The notes below the pieces were generated by a model. It made no database searches. It was not told where the DNA came from and saw only the letters and a list, made by a program, of their open reading frames with translations. Position numbers and translations under genes: made by a program. Below, piece by piece: positions 34,220 to 37,309 of a DNA stretch of 37,309 bases. Numbering within the stretch: position 1 is the stretch's first letter; every line of letters starts with the position of its first letter. This DNA comes from Trypethelium eluteriae (lineage: Eukaryota): the NCBI GenBank assembly GCA_051942245.1, contig JAVECL010000194.1, positions 1 through 37,309 of the forward strand. The letters are read 5' to 3'.

Positions 34220-35638
34220 TCACGACTCCACCAAAAAGTCTACTGACACCTCCGGAACGATGATGTCGGGCCTCCGACTATGACTACTGGGGACCTTCCC
34301 AGCCAGAGTATTGCGATGGTCCTATAATTGATCTGTTAGCCAACAGCTTTACAGGCTGGCGAGCTGGGGCTTTGACTACCTCTCTTGTACCCCAATCCCA
34401 CCAATCGACAACCTTTCCATTAAACCGATATGAATATCTGTGTTTCGGCTCAAAGTCACCACGCTCATGATTTTCCGGATAAAGCTCTATATCGAACTCG
34501 AGGCAATTCCCGGGAAACAATGTTACGAAACGATCATCTTCTCCAATGGGTTTGTCTTCGCGTTCGTATCGTTCAGGAAGCACATAGTCTGGCTGCACCC
34601 ATTCCGGGCCTCTCTCGGAATAGTGAATGAGACAACAATTGCCACCGTACTCAATCTGACCAAGATCCATAGGATACAGGGTGATGGGCTTCCCATTCGT
34701 TGCTTCCGAAGCTTCATACGTAAGTTTCGTCTCAACATTATAGTGCCCATCTAGATGCAGCAATGGACCAGCGTGCATAGAGAGTGAAAGTACAGGGGCA
34801 TCCGGACTGTATGCGAGTGGTCAGCGTGTCAGGATCATGCTCCCTCGACAGAGGAGACACTAACTCTCGTTGAGAAGATGGGATTGTTCCGGGCACCTGC
34901 CCTCGAAGTCGCTTCTGCAGCCTCCTCCATTTTTCCTCTTCGGCATTAGCTGCTTGGATCCCTCGATTCCGTATCCAACGATCTCGATCGGGCCAGGGCT
35001 CGTTTTCCTGCCGGACTTCGAACTCAATCAAATTCGAAGGCGGCAGCCAAAGCGGTGACTGATTGGTCAGCTCTGACGCTTTCCGGCCATGTCGCTCAGA
35101 AATTCTGCCATAGCCCCATTCAGAAATCTCCCCGCCGGGCCAAAAGAACTGGTAGGTTTCTCCGACTCGCATATATTCATAGAACTCTTCCGGAAAAGAA
35201 GCCATACGTTGGTGCTGCGCGTTGAAGGCCACTTCGGAGAATTCTTGTCCATTTACTGAATTATCCTCCTCGCTGGCTTGTAGACATCTCAACTGTACCT
35301 TCTCTGCCAATCTATTCGGATGTTCAGCGGTACTCGGGGATATACGCAACATCACGAATTTGCCCTCTTTCAGAGCTTGATAGGGGTTCCAGTATAGGAT
35401 GATAGTTTTGTCTTTCTCATTGATATCCATCGGCTCCAACCATTTTAAGGTCGAAATAAAGTGAAATGGAAGCGTCAATGTCAATTTGGTTTTGCCTTCT
35501 ATTTGCAAGGATATCTTTGGTATACTGGGACTATTCAATAGGTCAGCTATTAGTGCAAGAATTAGACGTTCGGCGTCGATGGAAGAGCGTGTACTCAAGA
35601 TTTGACCTTCTCAGCATCATGAAGTCTTTTGCAGCCAT
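34220..35638 (-). CDS. Hypothetical protein with two tandem homologous beta-rich domains; 4 exons, ~412 aa
   Basis: Exons 35638-35595, 35530-34865, 34806-34380 and 34321-34220 join in frame (1239 nt), with GT-AG introns and CTGAC/CTAAC branch sites. The first donor (GTACAC) is weak, so the start is tentative. Confidence 0.7.
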
Positions 35639-37309
35639 GCCGTCTACTGCAAGCCTCAAAAGACGATGGAAAGAACAAAAATGCAGCAATTTTTGAACAG
35701 ATGTGGATTTAACGTGATGATATGAACTGTCGCCGGTTCAATAATAATGCTTTGCTGTCTAATGTGGATGCAGATGCAGAGCCAGACACGGCTTTATCTT
35801 CCAAAAGTCTCGAACCCGTCAAGGACTTTCCGACATGTGGCACGAATAAGCGCTTGTGGCTCCGAGCTATTACCAAGACTCGAATTCAACGCTCATAGTC
35901 AGAAGTGGTGGTAATCAATGTTCCTGAAAGATCCATAGTCATACTTCAAAGGGACGCGCGGGCCGTAACTTTTTTTAATCATGGTACGGTATGGAAGAGG
36001 GGCCGTGGCTTGAGAGACCGGAGGCAAATGACCTGCATTTCTTTCGCTATATGCATGTCAGGCAAGTATCCAGTTTGCTGAAACCCGGCTAGCAAGGATC
36101 TGCTTTGAGCTTGGCATAAGTGACTCAATGCAATTGGTTTATTCAATCTTAAGTAATCCCAAGATCTATTAATCGAGCTAAGATGCTTGGCAGATGAAGT
36201 CAACTAATCTGCATGAACACCAGACCTTCCTTCAACACTCTCGACCGGTAATACCGGTGAAGACCCTAGCTTCATCCAACAAGTGCGAAATACTGCTTCG
36301 GAGTTCTGCCAAAACTTCAATGCCAGCCTTGTCTACACGGGTGCCAGCTCCAGGATCACACATGGATGTATGCCCAGATCCCTCTCCCTCCGTTTATTTC
36401 AGCATGCATTGCAATCTCTGCAGTATTTTCCGGTTGAAATTCTTGTATGATCCACTGGAAGATCTGAGACAATGTAAGTCGACCCCGCCCGTAAGAAAGC
36501 TTGTTAAACATCTGCCTCCTCATAAATAGCAATGTACTGTACAGCCCGCTACCGAGCAAAGAGGTTGCGCCCCGAGAAGGCGCAGTAAGGGATCAACTTA
36601 TCTCACGCAAGCATTACTCTTCCGGCCCAGTATGGACCCAGGAATGCTCTCGGTTTCTTTCAAGCCCCTGGCTAAGGCTGTTAGCATGCCACGCGTATGT
36701 CATGTTGCCATTCTTTCCCTTCCGACCCCGGTTGAGAGACACTACCTTTTGCTGGGCCAATCTGGCTACGCTTAGAAATAGTATACAGGGATACGAACAA
36801 ACCGATCACTGAAGCTTGGCTTGCCATTTACTTTGACTATAAATGCACATTGAGCCAGAGGTGTTCTATCATTCATTGATAGCTCGAATTCTATCATTTC
36901 TCAGTCCTTCTTTTGGATACTCCTTGATATCTGTACAATCTTATTTTATTTTGTCCTTCTCAGTTCCTTTATTGTCTAGCATTCTTAAGCCGCGTTATGC
37001 ATTCCAAACTGTCTCTCTCATTACTCGGCGTGTGCGCCATAGCGTATGGCAGCGGGGACGGGTAAGCAGCTTCCATTTTCAAATATATCAGTCTGAGCAA
37101 CCATGTCGTCAAGGATGTGGCGTACAGGAAGTAGGAAAATACCATTGATTTTCCCCAGAGCCTCCAGAAAGGCTATGCAATACCAACACTTCACCTGATG
37201 ATCTATTAGAGATAAGACTTCATTTTCTTTCATGTTGAACGACTCTAGTCCAGTCCGTTACATGAGGGGCGCTTTTTTTGGGGGGGGGGGGTTCATTTTC
37301 TTCAATCTG

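Noticed and set aside
1..37309. CRISPR arrays, rRNA/tRNA genes, prokaryotic operons, or a PKS/NRPS core gene
   Set aside because: None seen. The window is intron-containing fungal DNA with no regularly spaced repeats or secondary-metabolite backbone enzyme.

Overview
Eukaryotic DNA from a filamentous ascomycete (Pezizomycotina), with short GT-AG introns and CTRAC-like branch points. All exon structures below were reconstructed by hand from the sequence. From left to right: the left end of a Fot1/pogo DNA transposon with RIP-type stop codons; an APH/choline-kinase-like gene; a decayed F-box-like relic; a 17-exon GH31 gene carrying the alpha-1,4-glucan LYASE active-site signature (WQDMTTP), head-to-head with a 9-exon ascomycete laccase; the divergent ribosome-biogenesis pair LTV1/LSG1; an accessory patch with one intact and two pseudogenised F-box-like paralogues around an uncharacterised multi-pass membrane gene; a peroxisomal ACAD11-like acyl-CoA dehydrogenase; a YBT1-like ABCC transporter; COQ8; and a hypothetical protein with an internally duplicated domain. 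The most interesting element is the glucan-lyase/laccase divergent pair, a candidate 1,5-anhydrofructose-pathway module. The lyase call is well supported, but its functional link to the laccase is inference. Family assignments come from recalled motifs; no database searches were run.
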